Shown in pieces: positions 45,882-55,299 of a stretch of 55,299 nucleotides of DNA (positions are counted from its first letter, which is position 1; every line of letters begins with the position of its first letter). The notes under the pieces were generated by a model, which saw only the letters and a list, made by a program, of their open reading frames with translations, was not told the DNA's origin and ran no database searches. Origin of the DNA: a virus. Taxonomy: Duplodnaviria; Caudoviricetes. Where the stretch lies: positions 1-55,299 of IMG/VR virus record IMGVR_UViG_3300021982_000201; one strand, written 5' to 3'. The position numbers were made by a program, and so were the translations under genes.

Positions 45882-46567
45882 GACAGGATATCGATATCGA
45901 CCAACTGATGACGGAGACCTGGCTCACCGTCACCATGCTTAAAAAAGGCGCCGTCACGCTTAATGGCCCTGCGCTTTACAACAAATGCGTTAAACAGGTG
46001 GAAAGTGTGCGGGAAGCGCTGGAGCGTGCCGGTTATGACGACGCCAGCGTGGAGCATATTTCCTACGCGCAATGTGCCTTGCTGGACGAAACGGTGATGA
46101 GCCGTAAGCCCGGAAAAAGCGAAGAAGGAGTGGAGCCGAAAGTTGATGAAGGCCAAATGGCCTGGCGTAAAGCTCCGCTTCAGGCCCGTTTTTTTGGCTC
46201 ACTTCGGGCAGGTGAAGCGTTATGGGATTGCATTGCCGAGGTTCTGCGTCAGCCCTCACCGAACCCGGCAGTTTTAACCTGCTATCACCGTGTGATAGCG
46301 CTGGGCTTTCAAGGATTATACAGCCTGAAGGCGGTCAGCCAGTCGCAGCGGGATGAGGTAGTGAAAGCCCTTTCCGAGCGGGTTTCTCCGCCTGATGCAG
46401 GCCTGTCTCTGGTTGTTCACCGGCCGGGGAAACATCGCTGGAGCCTGATGCGCTCAGTCTGGTTCTGGATAGCGCTAGCCGTCATTCTTACCGGGGGTAT
46501 TTGGTGGGGGGGCCATCTGTGGCTTCAGGCTCTGTTGTCAGCACAAATACCGGAGCTGCATGGCTAA
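45878..46567 (+). CDS. tssL: T6SS DotU-family membrane protein
   Basis: YAQCALLDE, PLQARFFG, LGFQG, C-terminal TM. Confidence 0.93.
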   Translation: MRQDIDIDQLMTETWLTVTMLKKGAVTLNGPALYNKCVKQVESVREALERAGYDDASVEHISYAQCALLDETVMSRKPGKSEEGVEPKVDEGQMAWRKAPLQARFFGSLRAGEALWDCIAEVLRQPSPNPAVLTCYHRVIALGFQGLYSLKAVSQSQRDEVVKALSERVSPPDAGLSLVVHRPGKHRWSLMRSVWFWIALAVILTGGIWWGGHLWLQALLSAQIPELHG

Positions 46568-48246
46568 TGCGTAGATCAGTCATCATTCCGGTAGCCCTAC
46601 ACACTTTAGCAGCCGTTGCCACGTTGCTGTGGTTGCTGTGGTATTTCATCCCGACAGGTAACGTTTTTAAAGGCCTGACCACTCTGCTGATTCTCCTTCT
46701 GGCAGGCTGGTATGTTTTTAAAAGCTGTCGGCGTGAGGAGCAAGCATCCGACGCGACCCTCCCGGCTGCTGAACTGCCATTACTCGACACCCATGTCCCC
46801 GTTGTACTGGTGTGTGGTGACATGCTGGATGCGCTGTTTCAGGGAAGCCCTCTGCGTAAAACAGCGCAGGGATGGTGGCTACGGACCGATGACGTCAGCC
46901 GGTTAACTGACGTTGTCCGCAGCATACAGACGCAGTTCCCGCGCCAGGTCGGTCAGCTCTCGGTGATGTACCGCTGCCTGCCAGACCATCATCAGGATGA
47001 GGCCGTTCTTCGTTCCGCGCTGAAAACGCTCCGCCAGCAATGTAAACAGATTAAATCCCTGACGGGTTTCACACTGCCGGTTGTGTTGAGTGCCGAATTT
47101 TCCGGGCCTGAAACGCCGTGGATAATCGTTCGGGGTGACAAGTCGATTGTGTGTCCGGTTAATGATTCACCGCAGGCGTTCATTGACTGGCAGCAGGCGG
47201 AAGACAATATCCTGGCGCTGCCGGCGGTTAGTCAGGCATTCTCCTTTATCCGTAATACGTTGACAAATGAGCTGGAGAAACCTGATCGGTTTACGCCACC
47301 TGTACGCGCATTTTCCGTTGCAATGCGCCTGGGTGTAGTCAATCCTGAGACTCAGTCCGTCTGGTCCGACTGGCTCTATTCCCGCACCTGTTTACAGTTT
47401 TCCCGAGACCCCGGGCATTCAATCCCGACAGTTTTTTTCCCGGATGCGGTTCTGCCCCTTCTGGCACCGTTTGCGTCGAGGGTACAGGGGGGCCAGCGTA
47501 CCCGTCGTCTGGTTCTGCTGATGTGGCTGTGCATTCTGACGGCGTTGGGCATCTCCGCGCTCAATAATCGTTACCTTATCCGTCATGTCAGTGCCGATTT
47601 ACAGCGCTGGAACGCCATTCCCATGGATCATTACCGGCCTAAAGCGGAATCACTGGCCGCGCTGAAACAGGATGCGCTCCTGCTTGAACGCTGGCAGCGT
47701 CAGGGAGAGCCTTTACGTTACAGCCTGGGTTATTACCCGGGGCAACGCCTGTGGCTGGCCTTGCAGCAGGCTATCGATACCTGGACACCACCCCCCGCCC
47801 CTAAACCGAAACCGGTAGCGAAAATTGTACGACTCGACAGCATGTCGCTGTTTGATTCCGGCAAATCGGCACTCAAAGACAGCTCAACCAAAATACTCGT
47901 CAACGCACTGGTGGGGATCAAAGCCAAGCCAGGCTGGCTGATCGTGGTCAGCGGCCACACAGACAATACCGGCAGCATACAACTCAATCAGACTCTGTCT
48001 TTGCAACGAGCGGAGGCCGTCCGTAACTGGATGCGTGATACCGGAGACGTACCGGAAAGTTGCTTTGCCGTGCAGGGTTACGGTGACAGCCGACCGATTG
48101 CATCAAACGATACGCCTGATGGCCGCGCGCATAACCGGCGTGTCGAGATCAGCCTGGTACCGCAGGCTGACGCCTGTCGTCTGCCAGGCGCAAAGCACGC
48201 GTCACAGGATGTACGTGACGTTTCAACTCAAGAAATGGAGAAGTAA
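46567..48246 (+). CDS. T6SS OmpA-domain peptidoglycan-binding membrane protein (TagL-like)
   Basis: N-terminal TMs; GHTDNTG, LSLQRAEAV, NRRVEI. Confidence 0.9.
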   Translation: MRRSVIIPVALHTLAAVATLLWLLWYFIPTGNVFKGLTTLLILLLAGWYVFKSCRREEQASDATLPAAELPLLDTHVPVVLVCGDMLDALFQGSPLRKTAQGWWLRTDDVSRLTDVVRSIQTQFPRQVGQLSVMYRCLPDHHQDEAVLRSALKTLRQQCKQIKSLTGFTLPVVLSAEFSGPETPWIIVRGDKSIVCPVNDSPQAFIDWQQAEDNILALPAVSQAFSFIRNTLTNELEKPDRFTPPVRAFSVAMRLGVVNPETQSVWSDWLYSRTCLQFSRDPGHSIPTVFFPDAVLPLLAPFASRVQGGQRTRRLVLLMWLCILTALGISALNNRYLIRHVSADLQRWNAIPMDHYRPKAESLAALKQDALLLERWQRQGEPLRYSLGYYPGQRLWLALQQAIDTWTPPPAPKPKPVAKIVRLDSMSLFDSGKSALKDSSTKILVNALVGIKAKPGWLIVVSGHTDNTGSIQLNQTLSLQRAEAVRNWMRDTGDVPESCFAVQGYGDSRPIASNDTPDGRAHNRRVEISLVPQADACRLPGAKHASQDVRDVSTQEMEK

Positions 48247-48248
48247 AC

Positions 48249-48740
48249 ATGGCAATCCCAGTATATCTGTGGCTGAAAGACGACGGCGGCGCTGACATCA
48301 AAGGTTCCGTAGATGTGAAAGATCGCGAAGGAAGTATCGAAGTTGTTGCTCAGGAACACACCCTGTATATCCCGACGGATAACAACACTGGCAAACTGAC
48401 TGGAACCCGTATTCACACGCCGTTCCTGTTTACCAAAGAAATCGACTCTTCCAGCCCGTATCTGTACAAAGCGGTGACCACCGGTCAGACCCTGAAGTCT
48501 GCTGAATTCAAGTGGTACAAAATCAACGACGCCGGTCAGGAAGTTGAGTATTTCAACACCAAACTGGAAAACGTCAAGCTGGTGAAAGTCGCACCGAAAA
48601 TGCACGACATCAAGGATGCCTCCTTCGAGAAGCATAACCACCTTGAGCAGATCGAGCTGCGCTACGAAAAAATCACCTGGACCTACAAAGACGGCAACAT
48701 CATTCATTCCGATTCCTGGAACGAACGTACCACGGCGTAA
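48249..48740 (+). CDS. hcp: T6SS tube protein Hcp
   Basis: IKGSVDVKDREGSIEV, KEIDSSSPYL, LRYEKITW. Confidence 0.96.
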   Translation: MAIPVYLWLKDDGGADIKGSVDVKDREGSIEVVAQEHTLYIPTDNNTGKLTGTRIHTPFLFTKEIDSSSPYLYKAVTTGQTLKSAEFKWYKINDAGQEVEYFNTKLENVKLVKVAPKMHDIKDASFEKHNHLEQIELRYEKITWTYKDGNIIHSDSWNERTTA

Positions 48741-48745
48741 GACCC

Positions 48746-48778
48746 TGGCGGACAGACTCCTTTCTGTCCGCCATTTTT
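48746..48778 (+). terminator. Intrinsic terminator after hcp
   Basis: TGGCGGACAGA/TCTGTCCGCCA stem plus T5. Confidence 0.8.
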
Positions 48779-48905
48779 GTTTTGCTCCGCACAGCGCCTG
48801 TCAGACGGACGCTTTGCAGAGCAGTCTCACAATTTATCGGCATGAACCTTATGGGCATCGGTTGACGGCCAGGGGCGGTAGCGTGCTTGAACAAGAGGGA
48901 ACGAC

Positions 48906-51566
48906 ATGGAACATCATTCAGCAGTCCTGCTACGACGACTTAACCCTTATTGCGCCAGAGCACTGGAGGGGGCGGCTTCTTTATGTCAGACCCGTGCACA
49001 TGCAGAAATTACGCCAGAGCACTGGTTGTTAAAGTTGCTGGAGCAGGGAGAAGGTGATCTGACCGTTCTCGCTCGCCGCTATGAATGGGACATGGATGCC
49101 GTCTGGCAGTCACTCCTGAGCTGGCTGGATGCACAGCCTCGTTCAGTTCGCACCCGACCAGAGCTCTCTGCGTCCCTTCAGACGCTGCTGAAACAGGCAT
49201 GGCTTGCCGCCACGCTCGTCGGAGATGAGCAGATCCGCAGCATACATTTGCTTACGGCCATGATTGAAACGTCAGGGCTGACGCGCTGCGATGGCCTCTG
49301 GCCTTTGATGACGCTGACCACCAGCCAGCTGGAGAGGTTACGCCCCTTACTGGAAGCCCAGTCGGATGAGCGGCATGACGTTGCGCTCAGCGAGCAGGCT
49401 GGCAATGCCTCCATTATTGGCCGGGCGCCGCCATTACAACATGAAGCCCAAAAGCATGCTGAGGGTGGAATTGCGCAGCCTGCCGTTTCACAGGTGGAGT
49501 CCATTCTCAATCGTTTTACGGTTGATGTGACCGCCCGTGCCCGGGAAGGAAAGATTGACCCGGTCTTTGGACGCGATAACGAAATCCGCCAGGTGGTAGA
49601 CATTCTCTCAAGACGCCGGAAGAACAACCCCATTCTGGTGGGTGAGCCAGGCGTGGGCAAAACGGCCCTGGTTGAAGGCCTGGCGCTACGTATCGCCGAG
49701 GGGAATGTGCCCGAAAGTCTTAAGCCTGTCATCGTCAGGACACTGGATCTGGGTTTGCTGCAGGCGGGCGCCGGTGTAAAGGGTGAATTTGAACAGCGTC
49801 TGAAAAATATCATCGACGCCGTCCAGCAATCCCCGGTACCGGTGCTGCTGTTTATTGATGAAGCGCACACCATTATCGGGGCGGGTAATCAGGCGGGCGG
49901 GGCAGATGCGGCTAACCTGCTGAAACCGGCGCTGGCGCGTGGCGAATTGCGTACCATAGCGGCCACTACCTGGAGTGAATACAAGCAATATTTCGAACGT
50001 GACGCTGCTCTGGAGCGCCGCTTCCAGATGGTCAAGGTTGATGAGCCCGATGATGACACGGCCTGCCTGATGCTGCGCGGTCTTAAATCCCGCTATGCCG
50101 AACATCATGGCGTGCATATTACCGGTGAGGCCGTCCGGGCGGCGGTGACGCTATCCCGCCGCTACCTGACAGGGCGCCAGTTGCCTGATAAAGCGGTGGA
50201 CTTACTGGATACCGCTGCGGCCCGGGTGCGGATGAGCCTGGACACGCTGCCAGAACAGCTTACCCGGTTGCAGGCCCGGCTAACTGCGCTTGCCATGGAG
50301 CAGCAGGAGTTGCTGGAAGATATTTCCCTGGGTAACGCTGTTGATGCCAGCCGTCTGCCTCAGATCGAGCACCTTACTCTGGATCTCAACCAGCAGAAAA
50401 CTGCCCTTCAGTCACAATATGAGACCGAAAAGCAGCTCACCGACTCGCTGAAAGCCTGCCGTGAAGATATCAGCCGCCAGAAGGAGATCTCCGCCTTCCA
50501 GCAGGAACTGGCGCAGGTACAAAATAACAGCCCATTACTGGGTCTGGATGTTGATGTCCGCACCGTTGCGACCGTTATCGCCGACTGGACAGGGGTTCCT
50601 CTCTCGTCGCTGATGAAGGATGAGCAAACCGAATTACTGACGCTGGAAGAGCAGCTGGCAACCCGTGTTGTCGGCCAACATCCAGCTCTGAATGCCATAG
50701 CCCAACGACTGCGAGCGTCAAAAACCGGCCTGACGCCGGAGAACGGGCCACAGGGTGTATTTTTACTGGTGGGGCCAAGCGGGGTGGGCAAAACCGAAAC
50801 CGCGCTGGCACTTGCTGACGTTATGTATGGTGGTGAGAAATCGCTCATTACCATCAACCTGTCTGAATACCAGGAGCCGCACACGGTCTCGCAGTTGAAA
50901 GGCTCACCTCCGGGCTATGTCGGATATGGTCAGGGCGGCATTCTCACCGAGGCAGTCCGTAAGCGGCCATACAGCGTAGTGCTGCTCGATGAAGTGGAGA
51001 AGGCTCACCGGGATGTGATGAACCTGTTTTATCAGGTCTTTGACCGGGGCTTTATGCGGGACGGGGAAGGGCGTGAAATTGATTTCCGCAATACCGTGAT
51101 CCTGATGACGTCCAACCTGGGAAGTGACCCGCTGATGCAGTTCCTGGAAGAGCAGCCAGAAGCCACTGAGAGCGATCTGCATGAGTTGTTACGCCCGATC
51201 CTGCGCGATCATTTCCAGCCAGCGCTGCTGGCTCGCTTCCAGACGGTGATATACCGCTCGCTGGCAATGGATGCCATGCGCACCATCGTCGGCATGAAGC
51301 TCGCACAGGTGAGTACGCGTCTGCAACGCCACTACGGCATTTCCACTCACACTGGAGAAAGTCTCATCGACACGCTGACGAAGGCGTGTTTGCTGCCGGA
51401 TACCGGTGCCCGCAACGTGGACAGCCTGCTTAACCAGCAGATCCTGCCGGTTCTGAGCCAGCAGTTGCTGGCCCACATGGCGGCGAAACAAAAACCACAC
51501 TCCGTGATGCTCAGTTGGGATGAGGAAGAAGGAATCGTACTGGAGTTTGGAATAGAAAGATCATAA
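48906..51566 (+). CDS. tssH: T6SS ATPase ClpV
   Basis: Two AAA+ modules (GEPGVGKT, GPSGVGKT) in T6SS context. Confidence 0.96.
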   Translation: MEHHSAVLLRRLNPYCARALEGAASLCQTRAHAEITPEHWLLKLLEQGEGDLTVLARRYEWDMDAVWQSLLSWLDAQPRSVRTRPELSASLQTLLKQAWLAATLVGDEQIRSIHLLTAMIETSGLTRCDGLWPLMTLTTSQLERLRPLLEAQSDERHDVALSEQAGNASIIGRAPPLQHEAQKHAEGGIAQPAVSQVESILNRFTVDVTARAREGKIDPVFGRDNEIRQVVDILSRRRKNNPILVGEPGVGKTALVEGLALRIAEGNVPESLKPVIVRTLDLGLLQAGAGVKGEFEQRLKNIIDAVQQSPVPVLLFIDEAHTIIGAGNQAGGADAANLLKPALARGELRTIAATTWSEYKQYFERDAALERRFQMVKVDEPDDDTACLMLRGLKSRYAEHHGVHITGEAVRAAVTLSRRYLTGRQLPDKAVDLLDTAAARVRMSLDTLPEQLTRLQARLTALAMEQQELLEDISLGNAVDASRLPQIEHLTLDLNQQKTALQSQYETEKQLTDSLKACREDISRQKEISAFQQELAQVQNNSPLLGLDVDVRTVATVIADWTGVPLSSLMKDEQTELLTLEEQLATRVVGQHPALNAIAQRLRASKTGLTPENGPQGVFLLVGPSGVGKTETALALADVMYGGEKSLITINLSEYQEPHTVSQLKGSPPGYVGYGQGGILTEAVRKRPYSVVLLDEVEKAHRDVMNLFYQVFDRGFMRDGEGREIDFRNTVILMTSNLGSDPLMQFLEEQPEATESDLHELLRPILRDHFQPALLARFQTVIYRSLAMDAMRTIVGMKLAQVSTRLQRHYGISTHTGESLIDTLTKACLLPDTGARNVDSLLNQQILPVLSQQLLAHMAAKQKPHSVMLSWDEEEGIVLEFGIERS

Positions 51567-51632
51567 AGCGATCCTAACGTATTCATTTTGCAACGTATGT
51601 TGCCGCTACAACTAATAAAAGGAACCCTAACA

Positions 51633-52454
51633 ATGAAGTTTATGAAATATATTACGGCTCTTATCACATTTACCTGCGCTGCCAATTCATATGCTGGATT
51701 CTTTAGTTCATCTGATGAATTCAAATGTGGTCGAGATGATGCTGTTAAAGCGCTACAGCAGTACATAAGAGATGGGGCATCAGAAATGCTTCAGCATGAT
51801 TCCATCCAAAATGCAAAGATACTTTTAAATAAGCCGGTTAATGTCTATTCAGAAAAGATGAACAGCATTACAGTTGATGTTAAGGGGGCGTCTACGATCG
51901 GTAACACCAGCCCTACGGAAGTATCGTGTAAAGCTAAGGTAAGTATATTATTACCGCAGGAAAGTATTGATGTCATTCATGCTATCCCGGAGCAAATTGC
52001 TCGTCTCCAGTCGGGACAAGAATCTTTTTATAACAACGCTGTTATATGGAAGGATTATCGCTATAACCTGAAACTCTCAGATGATAAAAAAGATATTTCT
52101 GTAACAGATCTCATGAAAGACAGTGCTTCCTCTGAGCTGTATTTTATTACATTGTCATCTGTTAACAAAAATGAACTCATTGACAAAAATAATGACATAA
52201 AAATCAAGGTTGCACAAAATGAATATAACGAAGCAGATACCGAGTTAAATATCCTGTGGAAAAATATGCCTGATTCTATACGTGCTTCGATGAAATCCTC
52301 CCAGTTGGCATGGGTGAAAGACAAAGCAGTGAAATGCGGGAAAATTAGTGATGCAACGGGCAATACCGCAGATATTGCTACGAAGGTAAATATCTTTAAC
52401 TGCCAGACAAAAATGACTAATGAGCGAATCACTATTTTGGGTGGCGGTAATTAA
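51633..52454 (+). CDS. Periplasmic protein with C-terminal LprI-like (DUF1311) lysozyme-inhibitor domain; probable immunity protein
   Basis: Signal peptide; ADTELNILW..SQLAWVKDK..KC; AT-rich. Confidence 0.75.
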   Translation: MKFMKYITALITFTCAANSYAGFFSSSDEFKCGRDDAVKALQQYIRDGASEMLQHDSIQNAKILLNKPVNVYSEKMNSITVDVKGASTIGNTSPTEVSCKAKVSILLPQESIDVIHAIPEQIARLQSGQESFYNNAVIWKDYRYNLKLSDDKKDISVTDLMKDSASSELYFITLSSVNKNELIDKNNDIKIKVAQNEYNEADTELNILWKNMPDSIRASMKSSQLAWVKDKAVKCGKISDATGNTADIATKVNIFNCQTKMTNERITILGGGN

Positions 52455-52489
52455 TTGACGATCAGTAGTATGCTGCAGGGAGAGGAACC

Positions 52490-54847
52490 ATGATTGAAAG
52501 TTTAAGCAGTCTGGTACATAAGGCCATGGATGAAGCCCAGGGCCTATCGCGCTACCGGGTTGATGTGCATGACTGCAGCCATTTCCTGGATGTATTGCGT
52601 TACAACGCCGTTGAATCCCTCAGTCAGCCCTGGCGGTATGACGTGGCGGTCACCTGCTCCTCTGCGGATATTGCCTGCGACACGTTACTGCTGAAACCAG
52701 CGTCATTCACTTTCCAGACCCCAGTGTTTGACGGAACACCGGCGCTGCCGGTCAGGACGGTATTCGGCGTGGTGGAGTCCTTTCGCCGCGTGTCCACCTC
52801 GAATGATGAGACCCGGTACGCGCTGACGATCGTTCCCCGTATCGCCCTTCTGGACTATACGAAAGGGAGCGGGATCTACCTCAATCAGTCGGTTATTGAG
52901 GTGGTTGAACAGGTCCTGCGTAAACACGGGCTGGAAGGGCCTGATTTTGAGTTCCGGCTCTCCCGGGAGTATCCCTCCCGGGAACTCATCACCCAGTGGC
53001 GGGAAACCGATCTTGAGTTTATTCAGCGCCTGCTGGCCGAGGTTGGCATTTACTGGCGCTATGAAATGGACAGCCGTCTTGAACAGGACGTGGTGATTTT
53101 CCAGGACAGCCAGCAGCAGTATGAATTTGGCGTCACGCTCCCATTACGCAACCAGGCCGGGATGAGTGACAGCGGGCAGGAGAGCATCTGGGGTATTCAG
53201 ACTGCATATAACGTGGTGAGCGGAAGTATGGCCACCCGGGACTACAACTACCGTGAAGCGCTGACGCCTCAGGACAGTTCCGAGAGCATTTTCAGCAAGG
53301 AAGGGATCACCACCGGGGAAACATACCATTATGCGGAACCTTTCCTGACCGCAGGTCACGCTGAAAGTACAGAGTCCGGGGCATACTTCGCCCGTCTGCG
53401 TCACGAACGCATTCTGAACGGGCAGTATTGCGTCAGCGGGCATTCCTCCAGCCCTCATCTGGCTCCGGGTCAGGTACTGGAAACGGACGGCGCGTTACCC
53501 GATGCCGTCAGGGAAGGCATCGTCATCACCACGGTGCGCACCAGCGGTTCACGCAAAAGTCGCTTTACTATGACGTTTGAGGGGATCCCCTATAGCGAAA
53601 CCGTCTGCTGGCGTCCGGCATTGCTCAATCGTCCGGTGATATCCGGCTCGCTGCCTGCCCGGGTGGAAAGCACACAGAAAGGCGACACCTATTCCTGGCT
53701 CGATCCGGACGGGCGTTACCGGGTGAAGCTGGATTTTGACCGCAACAGTGCTGAACAGGGCTATGCCTGTGTGTGGCTGCGGCTGGCGAAACCCTATGCC
53801 GGAGATACGTACGGATTCCACTCACCGCTTATCGACGGAACTGAAGTGGCCGTCGTATTCGACGGCGGAGACCCGGATCGCCCCTACATCGCTTATGCCC
53901 TGCATGATTCAGAGCACCCGGACCCTGTCACCAGTGACAATCATACACGGAACGTGTGGCGCACTCCGGCGAACAATAAGCTGCGGATGGAGGATAAGCG
54001 CCAGGAAGAGCATATCAAGCTCGCGACGGAATATGGCAAAACGCAGCTCAACATGGGCCACCTGGTCAACAGCCAGCGTGAAAAGCGCGGGGCCGGTTTT
54101 GAACTGCGAACGGATGAGCATGGCGCTGTACGTGCGGCAAAAGGGCTGTTCCTGACGGCTGATGCCCAGGCCAAAGCCCAGGGCCCGGTGCTGGAAATGG
54201 CCCCTGCGATAAGCCAGATTAACCAGGCCAACAGCCAGATGCAGGCGCTGAACAGCGCTGCTGAAGCCGCCGGAGCACTGGTCTGCGACATCAATACCCA
54301 GATTAGTCTGGTGACCGACAAAATCAGGGACCTCCAGTCTTCGGTCCTGCTGGGTAGCGCGCCGCAGGGGGTGGCACTGACCTCAGGTGAACATCTTCAG
54401 CTCAGCAGCACCCGCAATACCATGATCAATGCCGGTCAGCATCTTGATATCGGTGCGATGAAAAATCTGTCCGTGAGCGTTGAAAAAGCGCTCGGTCTGT
54501 TTGTGCATAAAGACGGGGCGAAGCTTGTTGCCAACCAGGGAGACATCGAGATTCAGGCTCAGCACAACACGATGGTCCTGTTTTCTGAAAAACAGCTGAC
54601 GGTGACCAGTAGTGAAGACGAAATCATTATCAGCACGCCGGAAACGCTGACGCTTAACGGCGGCGGGTCTTACCTGAGGCTGAGTAAGAACGGTATTGAG
54701 CATGGTTCCGAAGGGATGATGGTGATGAAGGTAGCGAGTTATCTGGTGCCTGGAACTGGCAGCAGTCTGCCACTGGAGACACCAGACTTTAAAATGACAG
54801 ACGTGACGGTCACGACAAAAAATTCCGCCAAATGGACCAGTGAATAG
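52490..54847 (+). CDS. vgrG: T6SS spike VgrG with DUF2345-type C-terminus
   Basis: QWRETDLEFIQRLL, RDYNYR, GDPDRP, FELRTD; no toxin extension. Confidence 0.95.
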   Translation: MIESLSSLVHKAMDEAQGLSRYRVDVHDCSHFLDVLRYNAVESLSQPWRYDVAVTCSSADIACDTLLLKPASFTFQTPVFDGTPALPVRTVFGVVESFRRVSTSNDETRYALTIVPRIALLDYTKGSGIYLNQSVIEVVEQVLRKHGLEGPDFEFRLSREYPSRELITQWRETDLEFIQRLLAEVGIYWRYEMDSRLEQDVVIFQDSQQQYEFGVTLPLRNQAGMSDSGQESIWGIQTAYNVVSGSMATRDYNYREALTPQDSSESIFSKEGITTGETYHYAEPFLTAGHAESTESGAYFARLRHERILNGQYCVSGHSSSPHLAPGQVLETDGALPDAVREGIVITTVRTSGSRKSRFTMTFEGIPYSETVCWRPALLNRPVISGSLPARVESTQKGDTYSWLDPDGRYRVKLDFDRNSAEQGYACVWLRLAKPYAGDTYGFHSPLIDGTEVAVVFDGGDPDRPYIAYALHDSEHPDPVTSDNHTRNVWRTPANNKLRMEDKRQEEHIKLATEYGKTQLNMGHLVNSQREKRGAGFELRTDEHGAVRAAKGLFLTADAQAKAQGPVLEMAPAISQINQANSQMQALNSAAEAAGALVCDINTQISLVTDKIRDLQSSVLLGSAPQGVALTSGEHLQLSSTRNTMINAGQHLDIGAMKNLSVSVEKALGLFVHKDGAKLVANQGDIEIQAQHNTMVLFSEKQLTVTSSEDEIIISTPETLTLNGGGSYLRLSKNGIEHGSEGMMVMKVASYLVPGTGSSLPLETPDFKMTDVTVTTKNSAKWTSE

Positions 54848-54862
54848 CATGGAAGGTGATTT

Positions 54863-55244
54863 ATGACAGCAAAGTTACCCAAAATCAGTTACCCCGTACC
54901 GTCAAACAAAAATGGCCATGCCTTTTCCTCTGGGGAAGAGTTGTTATCGATGATCGGAGGGGAAAGCTCAGGACTGTATCTGGTGGGAAGTCAGGGAATG
55001 TGGCATGGCGGTATCCATATTACTGATGCCACTATTCCCTGGTGCGCCCTGAGTACTGACAGTGAAGCTGAGAATGAATATTGTCGCGAGCTCTATAAAG
55101 GGGAACAATTTATTCGTTGTATGGCGGATGGTGAGATAGTTGCCTGGCGCGTCAGTAAGGACTATGAGAGTGCTGCGATTGAATGGCGCGGTGAAAAACT
55201 GTTACTTTCGACCTCTTTTGTGCTGGTGAGACATTATATTCAGC
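54863..55244 (+). pseudogene. T6SS effector N-terminus (WHxxxH motif), interrupted by an IS
   Basis: WHGGIH, RCMADGEIVAWR, FVLVRH directly after vgrG; sequence switches to an IS end at 55245. Confidence 0.75.
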
Positions 55245-55299
55245 TGGATTGGCCCCTATATTTCCAGACACTTTTTATCGCTTAACCCATTACTGGTTC
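55245..55299. mobile_element. Terminal inverted repeat of an IS3-family, IS2-group element (partial)
   Basis: TGGATTGGCCCCTATATTTCCAGACAC...CTTAACCCATTA closely matches the IS2 right end as recalled. Confidence 0.8.

Overview
Enterobacteriaceae chromosome segment (Enterobacter/Klebsiella-like by gene content; species not determinable here). About 41 kb (662-41592) is an apparently near-complete temperate prophage integrated inside a DJ-1/PfpI-family gene, bounded by a 12-bp core repeat GTAATCTTCGGC. It has a lambdoid early region (integrase, AlpA-type excisionase, Rha, CI/Cro with five operator-like sites, initiator/DnaC/DnaB, RusA, Q), a holin/SAR-endolysin/spanin cassette, PBSX-type terminase, contractile-tail morphogenesis genes, an SGNH-esterase tailspike and a decayed SOS/invertase right end. 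The last 13 kb is the start of a type VI secretion locus (tssB-tssC-tssK-tssL-ompA-hcp-clpV-lprI-like-vgrG-effector); the effector is cut by an IS2-group end at the window edge. Most notable unexplained signals: a near-perfect dif-like XerC/XerD site between terL and portal; three repeats of an invertase HTH 3' end enclosing cargo (a catalytically dead recombinase-like ORF and a candidate sRNA complementary to RprA); G9-G10 tracts in early genes, two out of frame; tandem Zn-ribbon morons with duplicated upstream motifs; and an orphan PycTM-like membrane moron. Family names are by visual recognition, not database search. No tRNA, rRNA or CRISPR array was seen.
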